Shown: positions 17,595 through 28,010 of the stretch, piece by piece
Numbering within the stretch: the first letter of the stretch is position 1
Layout of the letters: each line of letters begins with the position of its first letter
Source of the DNA: a phage
Sequence record: PV805638.1
Length of the DNA: 64,000 nucleotides
Direction: 5' to 3' (one strand)
Position numbers and translations under genes: made by a program
The notes under the pieces: model-generated
Seen by the model: the letters and a program-made list of their open reading frames with translations, nothing else
Told to the model about the DNA's origin: nothing
Database searches by the model: none

Positions 17595-20174
17595 ATGCGT
17601 TACATCACCTCTCAGGATACTGGCAAGTATCCTATTGCTATCCTCGGTCATCAAATCCGAAGGGAGGAGATGATTAAAACCTACCTGCTGCCTTATGACC
17701 TAAGCATGGAAGATTTCATCTTCCTTGAACTTCATTCTGCCCCAGGCAAAAAGAAGACCCCTGCAAGGGAGATTAAGGAGTTCATTCAGCAGGAACTGCA
17801 ACAAGTACTGGATGATGCAGAGACTCAATACATTATCTGTACCGATTCTGACTACTTTAAAATACTGACTAAGGAAGCTAAAGCAGAAGCTAACCTCGGC
17901 TATGTTTGTGATTCGGTATGGGGTAAGCAGAAGGTTATCTATACACCCAGCTACAGACAGGTCTTCTACGACCCACCTGTAGTAAAGGCCAAGATTGCTC
18001 AGGGTATGGATGCATTACTTAACCACATCCGGGGACAGTATGCTGAACCAGGGCAGGGAATAATTGAGTTTGAAGCCTACCCAGATACACCCGAAAAGAT
18101 TAAAGCCTGGTTGGACCAGTTGCTTGAGATGAATAAGCCTCTGGCTATAGACATCGAATCGTTCGGTTTAAAGCACTATAACGCAGGTATAGGAACGATT
18201 ACGTTCTGTTGGAGTAAGACACAAGGCATAGCCTTTAATGTGGACTATGAGCCGATTAAGGGGGCTACTGAAGCTCCTTATGGGCGTATTAACAGGAACG
18301 ATGTTGTTCGTAACCTGTTACGTGAGTTCTTCATTAAGTACACTCAACGGCAGATGTATCACAACATTAGCTATGACGTGTACATACTTATCTATCAGTT
18401 ATTCATGGATAACCTGATTGATACAGAAGGCTTACTACATGGCATGGAAATCATGCTGCGTAATTGGGACTGTACTAAGTTAATCACCTACCTGGCTACT
18501 AACAGTTGCGCCGGTAATCACCTTAGTCTGAAAGAACAGGCTCAGGAATATGCTGGTAACTATGCTCAGGACGATATTAAAGACATACGTCTTATTCCTA
18601 ATGAGCAACTGTTACGCTACAACCTCATTGATGGTTTATGTACGTGGTACACCTACGAGAAGCACTGGGATACTCTCATTGCTGATGACCAACTGGATGT
18701 TTACAACAACATCTTTAAACCAGCCTGTGAAGACATTATTCAGATGCAGTTAACCGGTATGCCCATGAACATGGAAACCGTTAACCAAGTGGCTGAAGAG
18801 ATGGAAACTGACAGGAACCAGGCTTTGAAAACTATTCGTGAATCTAAGCTCATGAAGAATTTCACCCTGATGCTGCGTCAGGAATGGGTAGATGATAAGA
18901 ATGCTAAGCTTAAGAAGAAGCAGGTAACACTGGCCGATTGTGACATTGAGTTTAATCCTAACTCCGGTCCTCAATTACAGAAGCTGTTATTTGATTATAT
19001 TGGCTTACCGGTTCTTGGTCTTACTAAGAGCAAGCAACCTGCTACTGACGGTGACACTATTAAAGCACTGCGTACACATACGCAGAGTGAAGATGTTAAG
19101 GAACTGCTCAATGCACTTATCGACTATAAACTTGTGGATAAGATTATCACTAGTTTTATACCAGCTTTCAGGAATGCCCAACCGGGGCCGGATGGCTGGC
19201 ACTATCTGTTCGGAAACCTCAATCTGGGAGGCACAGTCTCCGGCAGGTTATCGGCTTCAGAGCCAAATCTACAAACAATTCCATCCGGCTCTAAATATGC
19301 CAAGAAGATTAAGAAATGCTTCGAAGCCCCTCCTGGCTGGATATTTTGCGGTTTGGACTTCGCCTCGCTGGAAGACAGAATATCTGCATTGACTACTAAA
19401 GATCCTCAGAAACTTAAGGTGTATACCGATGGTTACGATGGTCATAGTCTTCGTGCGTATGCTTACTTTGGCGAGCAGATGCCAGATATAGTAGACACAG
19501 TTGAGTCAATCAATTCTATTCAGACGAAGTACAAGCACTTGCGCAGCGATTCTAAAGCCCCAACATTCTTGCTTACCTATGGTGGCACGTATATGGGCTT
19601 GATGAAAAACTGTGGCTTCTCAGAAGAGAAAGCTAAAACAACAGAGAAACGTTATCACGACCTCTATGTAGTTAGTGATATGTGGGTTCAGTCTAAGCTA
19701 GACGAAGCTGCTAAGACTGGTTATGTAACTGCTGCATTTGGTTTGAGAGTGCGTACTCCTTTACTGGCTCAGGTTTTACGTGGGACATGTAAGACTCCAT
19801 ATGAAGCAGAAGCTGAAGGTAGAACTGCTGGTAATGCTTTAGGGCAAAGCTGGTGTCTACTGAATAACCGTGCTGGTTCAGAGTTTATGCGTAAAGTCAG
19901 AGCCAGTGAGTTCAGATTAGATATACGTCCTAGTATTCACATTCATGATGCCCAGTACTTCATGATTCGTGACAATATGGATACCTTGCAATTCACGAAC
20001 AAGCATTTGGTGGAAGCCGTTAACTGGCAAGACCATCCTGATATTGCTCATCCAGAAGTTGGTTTGGGTGGGGAACTATCCTTGTTCTACCCAACGTGGG
20101 CTAACGAGATTGAGATTCCAAATCACGCTACCCCAGAAGAAGTTCATCAAATAATTCAAAAGGCATTCGCATGA
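17595..20174 (+). CDS. Family A DNA polymerase with 3'-5' exonuclease domain
   Basis: Exo I 'LAIDIESFGL'; Pol motif A 'GLDFASLEDRI'; motif B 'RSDSKAPTFLLTYGG'; motif C 'IHIHDAQ'. Confidence 0.8.
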   Translation: MRYITSQDTGKYPIAILGHQIRREEMIKTYLLPYDLSMEDFIFLELHSAPGKKKTPAREIKEFIQQELQQVLDDAETQYIICTDSDYFKILTKEAKAEANLGYVCDSVWGKQKVIYTPSYRQVFYDPPVVKAKIAQGMDALLNHIRGQYAEPGQGIIEFEAYPDTPEKIKAWLDQLLEMNKPLAIDIESFGLKHYNAGIGTITFCWSKTQGIAFNVDYEPIKGATEAPYGRINRNDVVRNLLREFFIKYTQRQMYHNISYDVYILIYQLFMDNLIDTEGLLHGMEIMLRNWDCTKLITYLATNSCAGNHLSLKEQAQEYAGNYAQDDIKDIRLIPNEQLLRYNLIDGLCTWYTYEKHWDTLIADDQLDVYNNIFKPACEDIIQMQLTGMPMNMETVNQVAEEMETDRNQALKTIRESKLMKNFTLMLRQEWVDDKNAKLKKKQVTLADCDIEFNPNSGPQLQKLLFDYIGLPVLGLTKSKQPATDGDTIKALRTHTQSEDVKELLNALIDYKLVDKIITSFIPAFRNAQPGPDGWHYLFGNLNLGGTVSGRLSASEPNLQTIPSGSKYAKKIKKCFEAPPGWIFCGLDFASLEDRISALTTKDPQKLKVYTDGYDGHSLRAYAYFGEQMPDIVDTVESINSIQTKYKHLRSDSKAPTFLLTYGGTYMGLMKNCGFSEEKAKTTEKRYHDLYVVSDMWVQSKLDEAAKTGYVTAAFGLRVRTPLLAQVLRGTCKTPYEAEAEGRTAGNALGQSWCLLNNRAGSEFMRKVRASEFRLDIRPSIHIHDAQYFMIRDNMDTLQFTNKHLVEAVNWQDHPDIAHPEVGLGGELSLFYPTWANEIEIPNHATPEEVHQIIQKAFA

Positions 20175-20476
20175 CTAAAAGTACTAAAGAAACCGTCGTC
20201 AAAAAATATCATTGGATGGTGGCAGCACAGGTAATCTTCCAGCTTCCTAAAGCCGATGATGGTTCCCTACTTACCATGAACACAATGCTGCTCACTGACG
20301 AACCTCATGTGACTTATAAAGATTTGGCCCGTGTCAATCACTCCCTGAAGATTAGTCTGGACCAGCGTTTCGACACCTCAGTTGACCTGAAAGACATTGT
20401 TTATCTGTCTATTAACAATCTGGGTCTGATGTCTGAACCAGAGTTCCAGGCAAACATGATTCCCAAGGGGGAATAA
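20171..20476 (+). CDS. Hypothetical protein
   Basis: ATGA overlap with the polymerase stop. Confidence 0.35.
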   Translation: MTKSTKETVVKKYHWMVAAQVIFQLPKADDGSLLTMNTMLLTDEPHVTYKDLARVNHSLKISLDQRFDTSVDLKDIVYLSINNLGLMSEPEFQANMIPKGE

Positions 20477-20760
20477 TGACTAAGCTCTCCGGTGGTCTTA
20501 ATAACTACTATGTAGTTTTAATTAAAAATCCCCAACGGAAAGAGCAAGAGCCATATCAAGCAGAGTGTGAGGATATTATCCAAGCACTGGGCATGACCTT
20601 CGATGAAGGTTGTGCCTTTAAAGCTCTATGGCGAAATGCTGCTGCCCGTATGGGTAATGGTAAACCAGGTAACTCTTCGGTGTACGACTCAGAGAAGATT
20701 GTGCATTATGCCAATCGAATATTGAAAAAGGCTTACAATGAAAGTAACCAACAACCATGA
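20476..20760 (+). CDS. Hypothetical protein
   Basis: 94-aa ORF, coupled start. Confidence 0.3.
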   Translation: MTKLSGGLNNYYVVLIKNPQRKEQEPYQAECEDIIQALGMTFDEGCAFKALWRNAAARMGNGKPGNSSVYDSEKIVHYANRILKKAYNESNQQP

Positions 20761-21718
20761 TGTCTCACTAGCTCTGGCTGTATGGCTATTGCATGATGAG
20801 TATGATTATGTAGACAATCCTAAGTACCTGTCTGCTACTACATTGCTTAAGCCTATTAAGCAAATCGTCATGAAGCATCGTGTAGATTTCAGTGACCAGT
20901 CCATTGATGTTATGGATTTTGTTTCCACATCAATGGGTACTGGCTTACATGATTCTATCGAGAAAGCCTGGAAGCTGGGTCATAAGACTGCATTGAAGAA
21001 GCTGGGTTATCCTCAGCGAGTAATTGATGCAGTAGTCATTAACCCAACCAAAGAAGACTTTGCTGCTAACCCTGACCTTATCCCAATCTACATTGAACAA
21101 CGTGGAACCAAGCAGGTTAAGGGATGGACTATTGGTGGTAAATTCGACATCGTAACAGAAGGTCTGTTGCAAGACTTCAAGTCTACCTCAACCTATTCCT
21201 GGGTTGCTGGTTCCCGTGATGATGAACACAAGATGCAAGGCAGCTTGTACCGTTGGATTCACAACGACATCATTACTGAGGATGTAATTCGTATTAACTA
21301 CATCTTCACCGACTTCATGAAACACATGGCTAACAGCAATCCGAACTATCCTGCTAATCGTATTATGCATAAGGATATTCCGTTACTGTCTGTCGAGAAG
21401 ACTGAGCGTTGGGTGGAAGAGAAGATTCACTTAATCGAAAAGTACTGGGATGCACCTGAAGAGGAAATCCCTGAATGTACTGACGAGGAGTTGTGGCGAA
21501 CAGAGCCACAGTTCAAATACTTCTCTGATGCTTCTAAGGTAGATGTACCTGGAGCCAGAAGTACCAAAAACTTTGGCGATATGGCATCTGCCCGTATCTT
21601 CATGACTGAAAAAGGTGGCAAGGGTGCTATCAAGGTTGTGGAGGGGCAGGTTAAACGCTGTTTATATTGCCCTGTCGCATCCATTTGCAAACAAAAAGAG
21701 AGATATTTCCCATCATGA
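20738..21718 (+). CDS. PD-(D/E)xK nuclease with C-terminal Cys cluster (Cas4/RecB-like)
   Basis: 'GKFDIV...LLQDFK' nuclease-like core and C-terminal 'C...CLYCPVASIC' (CxxCx5C) typical of Fe-S nucleases. Confidence 0.45.
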   Translation: MKVTNNHDVSLALAVWLLHDEYDYVDNPKYLSATTLLKPIKQIVMKHRVDFSDQSIDVMDFVSTSMGTGLHDSIEKAWKLGHKTALKKLGYPQRVIDAVVINPTKEDFAANPDLIPIYIEQRGTKQVKGWTIGGKFDIVTEGLLQDFKSTSTYSWVAGSRDDEHKMQGSLYRWIHNDIITEDVIRINYIFTDFMKHMANSNPNYPANRIMHKDIPLLSVEKTERWVEEKIHLIEKYWDAPEEEIPECTDEELWRTEPQFKYFSDASKVDVPGARSTKNFGDMASARIFMTEKGGKGAIKVVEGQVKRCLYCPVASICKQKERYFPS

Positions 21719-23868
21719 GTATTGACCTTACCGGAGTAGTGCATCATCAGGCGATTGAAGAAATCGTAGATGTGCTCTGCAATAAAACCCAGAATAACGA
21801 CCGGGGATTCTTCCGTGTCGAAGTAGCCTACTTCTTGGCTAAAATGGCATCCTGCATGGGTGCAACCATCGTAACTAAAGACCGTGGTGACCTGCCGGTA
21901 AACATCTACGCTATGGCGTTGGCTACATCTGGTTTCGGTAAAGGTCACTCGGTAAATATCATTGAAGACGGGTTCATGACTGGCTTCCGTAAACGTTTTA
22001 TGGAAGACACCATGCCCGTCATTGCAAATGACCGTTTATGGAAGATTGCTAACGAACGTGCTGCTCGTCAGGGTACGGACCAGAATGATGAGTTCGATAA
22101 AGTTGAGGCAGAGTATAAGCGTGCTGGGGCATTCCCATTCACATTCGACTCTGGTACAGCACCTGCTGTAAAACAGCTTCGTCACAAGCTGCTTATGGCT
22201 GGTTGTGGTGCTATTAACTTACAAATTGATGAGATTGGTTCCAACCTCATTGCCAACGTTGAAGTTCTTAACCTGTTCCTTGAGTTGTATGACCAGGGGA
22301 AAGTAAAACAGAAGTTAACCAAGAACACTGCTGAAAGTATTCGTGGTGAAGAACTGGATGGTAAAACTCCTGCTAACCTGCTGCTGTTCGGTACTCCGAG
22401 TAAGCTGCTGGATGGTGGTCAGACCGAAGACCAGTTCTATGATTTCCTCGATACAGGGTATGCACGTCGTTGTCTATTTGCCATTGGGCACTTAGATAAA
22501 CGAGCACATGCAACGATGACTCCGGAAGAAATCTACCATAACCTGATTAAGCAGGATAACGTTCAGTCTCTTGGTAAGTGGGCCAACCACTTCCATAGTC
22601 TGGCTGACCCAAACCTGTTTGGCTTTAAGATGATTGTGGAAGATGCAGTGGGTATTGCTCTGATTGCTTACAAAATTGATTGTGAGAAACAAGCAGAGGC
22701 TATGGCTGACCACGAAGAAATTCGTAAGGCTGAAATCTCCCATCGTTACTTCAAGGCTCTTAAACTGGCAGGTGCATTGGCGTTTGTTGACCAGAGTTCA
22801 TTCATTGAGATGTCTCACCTTAAACAAGCAATCCTGCTCGTAGAAGAATCTGGGGCAGCATTCCAGGGTATTCTCAATCGTGAGAAAGCCTATGTGAAGC
22901 TGGCTAAGTACATTGCCTCCGTAGGTAAAGAGGTTACTCATGCTGACTTGCTGGAGTCGTTACCATTCTATAAGAGTGGTAATGCAGCTCGTAATGAGAT
23001 GATGACTCTTGCTACAGCATGGGGTTACAAACAGCACATCATTATTAAGAAGACCTTCAATGAAGGTATTGAGTTCTTCCGTGGGGAGACTCTGAAAGAG
23101 ACTGACACCAATGAGATGATAGTGGCATATAGTGATAGCTTTGCTTATGACTATGTTGGTGAACGTGTACCGTTTGACCAGCTACATGTATTAACCCAAG
23201 CTCCCGGTATGCACTGGGTAAACCATCACATGAAGAATGGGCATCGTTCTGAAGAGAACGTTATTCCAGGATTTAACATGATTGTTATTGACTGTGATGG
23301 TGGAGTACCACTGCATACGTGCCATGAACTGATGAAGGAATATAAGTTCATGACCTATACCACTAAGCGTCATACCGATGAAGAGAACCGTTTCCGTTTG
23401 ATTATTCCAATGAACTATGAGTTACACCTCGACACTGAGGAATACAAAGAGTTCATGAATAACGTTATGGCTTGGCTACCATTCGAAACGGATGAGTCTG
23501 CTAACCAACGAGCTAAGAAGTGGATGTCCTGTGAGACTGGTTCCTATCATTACAACCTTGATGCGAATCTGTTGGATGTACGTGACTTTATTCCTCGTAC
23601 CAGTAAGAACGAGCAGTTCCAGAACCAGATGAAGGAAGTTCAGTCGTTGGATAATCTGGAGCGTTGGTTCGCTGGTCGTATTGCCTCCGGTAATCGTAAT
23701 AATCAAATGATTAAATACGCACTGGCATTAGTAGACAGTGGTTGGGACTTTGCTCAGGTACAGCAAGCCGTCTACTCATTCAATAAGAAACTGGCTAATC
23801 CATTACCAGATGATGAATTGAATTCAACCGTAATGGTCACCGTGGCTAAACGCTTCGCTGGCAAGTAA
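21715..23868 (+). CDS. Putative DNA primase (AEP/prim-pol-like)
   Basis: 'MIVIDCDGG' hhhDxD-type motif; ATGA overlap with the upstream stop; position between polymerase and SSB. Confidence 0.45.
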   Translation: MSIDLTGVVHHQAIEEIVDVLCNKTQNNDRGFFRVEVAYFLAKMASCMGATIVTKDRGDLPVNIYAMALATSGFGKGHSVNIIEDGFMTGFRKRFMEDTMPVIANDRLWKIANERAARQGTDQNDEFDKVEAEYKRAGAFPFTFDSGTAPAVKQLRHKLLMAGCGAINLQIDEIGSNLIANVEVLNLFLELYDQGKVKQKLTKNTAESIRGEELDGKTPANLLLFGTPSKLLDGGQTEDQFYDFLDTGYARRCLFAIGHLDKRAHATMTPEEIYHNLIKQDNVQSLGKWANHFHSLADPNLFGFKMIVEDAVGIALIAYKIDCEKQAEAMADHEEIRKAEISHRYFKALKLAGALAFVDQSSFIEMSHLKQAILLVEESGAAFQGILNREKAYVKLAKYIASVGKEVTHADLLESLPFYKSGNAARNEMMTLATAWGYKQHIIIKKTFNEGIEFFRGETLKETDTNEMIVAYSDSFAYDYVGERVPFDQLHVLTQAPGMHWVNHHMKNGHRSEENVIPGFNMIVIDCDGGVPLHTCHELMKEYKFMTYTTKRHTDEENRFRLIIPMNYELHLDTEEYKEFMNNVMAWLPFETDESANQRAKKWMSCETGSYHYNLDANLLDVRDFIPRTSKNEQFQNQMKEVQSLDNLERWFAGRIASGNRNNQMIKYALALVDSGWDFAQVQQAVYSFNKKLANPLPDDELNSTVMVTVAKRFAGK

Positions 23869-23924
23869 GTAAACAGGAGTCTTTCTTTGGTTTGAAGGAC
23901 TCCTAAACTAAACGAGGAAAAATA

Positions 23925-24677
23925 ATGTCCGAAGAAATCTCCAATGATATGAACACTCAGCTAATTCTGATTGCAGGATTCTCAGCGAGTGGTAAATCAG
24001 CATCATTGCGTAATATCCGGAACCAGGATCGCTGGTTGTATCTGAATACGGAAGCAGGTAAGCGTCTACCTTTCCGTAATAAGTTCAACACCTACAACAT
24101 TGAAGACCCATATCAGATTTGGGAAGCATTTGATGTTGCATCTCCGGGTGGTGAAATGGCAGACGATGTTGATGGTATCATTATCGACTCTGCTACCTTC
24201 ATGATGGACATGCTGGAATCCCAGTATGTATTGCCATCTGCTAATACCCAGAAAGCCTGGGGAGACTTTGCACAGTTCTTTAAAATACTGCTGCAACAAA
24301 AAGTCGTTAAGTTTGGTAAGCCAGTAATCATTACTGCTCATGCCAAAGATGAACTCGATGAAGCTGCTGGTGTGATGAAAACATTCATCCCGGTTAAGGG
24401 TTCACTGAAGAACAATGGCCTTGAGGCTTACTTCTCTACAGTGGTTTATGCAGAACGCGTAGACATTAAAGAACTGGAGAAGTATGGCAACAAGATGCTT
24501 GATATTACGGAAGAAGAACGTGACTTAGGCTATAAGCACGTATTCCAGACTCGCCCAACCAAGAAGTCTGTTGGTAAACGACTTCGCTCACCAATGGGTA
24601 TGTTTGATAAGTCGCAGACTTACATTGATAATGATGCCCAAAAACTCTTAGACCATCTGGCTGAATACTACGCTTAA
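23925..24677 (+). CDS. P-loop ATPase (Sak4/AAA_24-like recombination ATPase candidate)
   Basis: Walker A 'GFSASGKSAS' and Walker B 'GIIIDSATF'. Confidence 0.5.
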   Translation: MSEEISNDMNTQLILIAGFSASGKSASLRNIRNQDRWLYLNTEAGKRLPFRNKFNTYNIEDPYQIWEAFDVASPGGEMADDVDGIIIDSATFMMDMLESQYVLPSANTQKAWGDFAQFFKILLQQKVVKFGKPVIITAHAKDELDEAAGVMKTFIPVKGSLKNNGLEAYFSTVVYAERVDIKELEKYGNKMLDITEEERDLGYKHVFQTRPTKKSVGKRLRSPMGMFDKSQTYIDNDAQKLLDHLAEYYA

Positions 24678-24717
24678 GCGTTTGCCTGGTTGTTAATCAC
24701 TTATTAGGAAAAATATT

Positions 24718-25521
24718 ATGGCACTGTTCGGTAACTTGAAAGAAAAGACCAAAAACGTTGAAGCTGCAAAAGACTCCCTTGGTGGTGGTGGCTTCGGTGC
24801 AAAAGAATCCGATATCTACACTGGTACTGTAAAAGTAGCTTATGTAGGTAAAGCTGACTCTGGTGCAGACTGGATGCAGTTAATCATCGAAAACCTGAAA
24901 GGTTCTGACGGCAATGATGCTGGTGAGTTCCGTGCTCAGGTGTACTTTACTTCTGGTAATGCTAAAGGCAATAAGCCAACTTACGAGAAGAACGGTAAAG
25001 AGTACTTCTTGCCTGGTTACACTGTCATTAATGACATGATGCTTATGGCTACTGGTTGTGAACTGCCAGATGCAGACTTCGAAGAGAAGATTGTTAAAGT
25101 CTATGACTTCGATCTGAAAGCTGAAACCAATAAGTCTGTCATGGTTCCAGTTGACCTGGTTGGTCAGACTGTTACCTTCGCTCTGGAAAAGGTTCTGGAA
25201 GCTAAGCAGGTTAAAGGTGACAACGGTTACGTTGACTCCGGTGAAACTCGTGAAGTAAACGAGATTCAGAAAGTGTTTCATCCGGAACTGCTGGTCACAG
25301 TCGTCGAGGCTCAGGAAGCAGAGAAGGCTGAGAAAGAACTGACCCCAGAACTGGCTGTATTCTATGGAGCATGGCTGGAAAAGAACAAAGGTAAAACCCG
25401 TGATAAGACCAAGGGTTCTACTGGTGGTAATGGTAAAGGTGGCTTGCCTCCTAAACCAGGTGCAGGTGCTGGCACAGGTACTACTCCAGCTGGTGGTAAA
25501 TCTCTGTTCGGTAAGCGTTAA
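24718..25521 (+). CDS. Putative single-stranded DNA-binding protein (N4 gp45-like)
   Basis: 267 aa with Gly-rich C-terminal tail, at the position and size of the N4 SSB; no diagnostic motif read. Confidence 0.4.
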   Translation: MALFGNLKEKTKNVEAAKDSLGGGGFGAKESDIYTGTVKVAYVGKADSGADWMQLIIENLKGSDGNDAGEFRAQVYFTSGNAKGNKPTYEKNGKEYFLPGYTVINDMMLMATGCELPDADFEEKIVKVYDFDLKAETNKSVMVPVDLVGQTVTFALEKVLEAKQVKGDNGYVDSGETREVNEIQKVFHPELLVTVVEAQEAEKAEKELTPELAVFYGAWLEKNKGKTRDKTKGSTGGNGKGGLPPKPGAGAGTGTTPAGGKSLFGKR

Positions 25522-26075
25522 TGAAAATCCCAATTGTCGGTGCAGACATTAGTCTCCGCAATTGGGGATTAGCTCGTGGGATGCTGGACATTGAGTCCGG
25601 CGTCTTCGAGCAGGTCGAACTTAAACTGGTTCAAACTGAAGTTGACCACAACAAACAAGTTCGAACCAACTCCAAAGATATACAAGCTGCCCATGATTTG
25701 TTTCTTGGTTGTGAAGAATGGTTACGGTCTGCTAAAGCAGTATTCGTAGAAGTACCAGTAGGCTCTCAGTCTGCTAATGGTATGAAGTCTTATGGTGTAT
25801 GCGTAGGATTAATCGGTGCATTCCGCGCATTGGGTTGCCCAATCTTTGAAGTATCCCCAATTGAAAACAAACTTGCACTGGTCGGTGATAAAACCGCATC
25901 CAAAGACACGATGATTCGTGCTGCTCATGCCATCTATCCCGAAGCCAACTGGCTCACGGATAGTAAAGGTAAACTTCTGAATAAGAACGAGCACTTAGCT
26001 GATGCAATCGGTGCAATCCACGCTGGGGTAAATCTTCCAGCTTTCCAGAATCTCATTAAATTAATAAAGGCATAA
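25521..26075 (+). CDS. RuvC-like Holliday junction resolvase
   Basis: 'IVGADISLRNWGLA' N-terminal RuvC-like motif and C-terminal 'HLADAIGAIHAG'. Confidence 0.5.
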   Translation: MKIPIVGADISLRNWGLARGMLDIESGVFEQVELKLVQTEVDHNKQVRTNSKDIQAAHDLFLGCEEWLRSAKAVFVEVPVGSQSANGMKSYGVCVGLIGAFRALGCPIFEVSPIENKLALVGDKTASKDTMIRAAHAIYPEANWLTDSKGKLLNKNEHLADAIGAIHAGVNLPAFQNLIKLIKA

Positions 26076-26076
26076 T

Positions 26077-26526
26077 ATGCAAATCGTTCTGAACCAGTCT
26101 GAAGTAGAAGCTGCTATTGAAGCTTATGTAAATGAGCAAGTTAATCTTGCCGGGGACATTAATATCCTGGTGAATGCAGATGGTACTGCCACAATCGGTA
26201 TTAATGAAGAGGCCGGTCATAGTGATGACACTCCCCCCGTGGTAGAGAAGAAGACTCGTCGTTCTCGTAAGAATCCACAAGAAGCCAAACACCGTCCGGT
26301 AGAACCGGAACCGGTTGTTGAGGATGAAGCCGAAGAAGAGGTAAAGGAAGAAGAAATCCCGACCTCTACTGGTGGACCGAACGGGAGTTCTACGCCGGAA
26401 CCTGAAGAAGTAGTAGCTGAACCAGAAGCACAAGAAGAAGTTGTGCAGGAGGAAGTTAAGGCAGAAGAACCAGCAGAGAAACCTGCTGCGAAGCCTTCAC
26501 TGTTCGCTGGCCTAAAACGTAGTTAA
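26077..26526 (+). CDS. Highly acidic Glu/Pro-rich protein
   Basis: C-terminal half is an EPEPVVEDEAEEE-type low-complexity tail. Confidence 0.35.
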   Translation: MQIVLNQSEVEAAIEAYVNEQVNLAGDINILVNADGTATIGINEEAGHSDDTPPVVEKKTRRSRKNPQEAKHRPVEPEPVVEDEAEEEVKEEEIPTSTGGPNGSSTPEPEEVVAEPEAQEEVVQEEVKAEEPAEKPAAKPSLFAGLKRS

Positions 26527-27294
26527 TCTGGTAGGTGGCTCAGAAGCTGCTGCTAGGTGTGGTAGTGTTTATAGTTCTGATGCTACTACTGGTCAGGATT
26601 ATAGACGTGTCGGCTCCATACATAGCTTTTATCATCACTGTCATTATCCTGTGGAAATGCAGTGGTAAACACGGTGGTGACAAGCCGCCAGAATAACAAC
26701 AACCGAACCAGTGGATTGGAATACTCTCCCCAGTCCATTGGTTCAACCGAGGCTGATATGAACAAATTTACTATTCACTGGCTCAATGGAAAGGTTAGTT
26801 CTTTCATGGGTGGAGAACCTGTTGAAGGAAGCATTGAAAAAGAGTAGTTAATATCGTGAAGGGTTCTGTTAGAATCCTTTGAGATAGGAACTCCTATCAT
26901 AACCATTCTTAACTTAATCCTGCCGTATGGCACTGACGCTAGGGGTGGCCCCCCATCCGTCAGACAGACTATTTTAAGAATAGGTTATCACAGAAAATGT
27001 AAAGCAACATTTGGGTTAATCAATGGCCTCTCCTATAGGGGCCATTTCTGAATCTCAGGCTATATCCCAAAGATTAGTGTCTTTGGGATAAGGCTTCAGA
27101 TCCCTTATCAAACTAACGCTCATGTTGAGCACAACATTAACCAATAATGTCGGATAGTTCGTTACGCTATTCATTCAGCATCGAGATGTTAGGTCTTACA
27201 TGTAAAATAAAACATAGGGTAAAGAGGGACTCATCCTCCCTCTCCTATTATAATGGTCGAGGTAGCACGTAGGCATGTGTAGAAGGTCGCTACT

Positions 27295-27565
27295 TCTCTC
27301 GCTGGTTCGAGTCCAGATGCCGGAACCAATTCGTGAGAACTCTTATCTTGGCTACCGGGAAAGGAGTGAAAAATATTCGTAAACTACTCCCCAATTAGGT
27401 TCAACTCCTAAACCAGGGTAAGTGTTCTCACAAATTGGAAGAATTAAGACGGGTCTGGTGAAGTAGATGGGGTTCGATTCCCTCCGGTGGAGTAATCCAC
27501 TAGCGTGCTTGGTGCACGAATAAGACTTAATACTGGTGGTTCGATTCCATCCCCCGTTACCCGAA
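27295..27565 (+). other. Cluster of tRNA-like T-arm/acceptor elements; canonical cloverleafs not confirmed
   Basis: GGTTCGAGTCC (27304-27314, followed by ...ACCA), GGTTCAACTCC (27398), GGTTCGATTCC (27471 and 27538). Matching 5' acceptor strands were not found by hand. Confidence 0.3.
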
Positions 27566-27971
27566 GTCGCCAGGTACTTATGGCAAACAACGAGGTAGTA
27601 ACGAACTAGTCATTCGTCAAACGCCTCACCTAATTATGAGTCAGCAAGAGCGCCTTCACTTAAACTTAAACAAAAAAGCTTAACGCAATAATTATGTAGG
27701 GGTATGTAAGGATTGCGAAGAAGGAGCCAGTTAGAGCCTGGCATGACTCTCCCATTTAGCAGTAACATAGTCCTGATTGCATAGCACTCTAAAGACAACA
27801 CTGGTAAGACAGTCCAGTGGCTGCTAATGTATTGATATTCCCCTCGACGGGAATTTCGCTAGTGAAGGTAACACTTAAAAATCCAAACCTACGTCTTACT
27901 ACTATCGGGCTATCAACCCACTAGTGATAGTAGTTTGACGGCCTGCCTCGTTGACTGCGTTAAAGTCACTA

Positions 27972-28010
27972 AGTCCCTCGGAGCCGTCACTCTGGGGGAC
28001 TTTTTTATTT
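27972..28010 (+). terminator. Putative terminator closing the ORF-free region
   Basis: agtccc...gggact stem followed by ttttttattt. Confidence 0.4.

Noticed and set aside
27295-27565. Calling four canonical tRNA genes at the GGTTCGAnTCC motifs
   Set aside because: For each candidate I could not find a complementary 5' acceptor strand or consistent D and anticodon arms at tRNA spacing, and two motifs are only 67 nt apart. Kept as tRNA-like elements pending tRNAscan-SE/ARAGORN.
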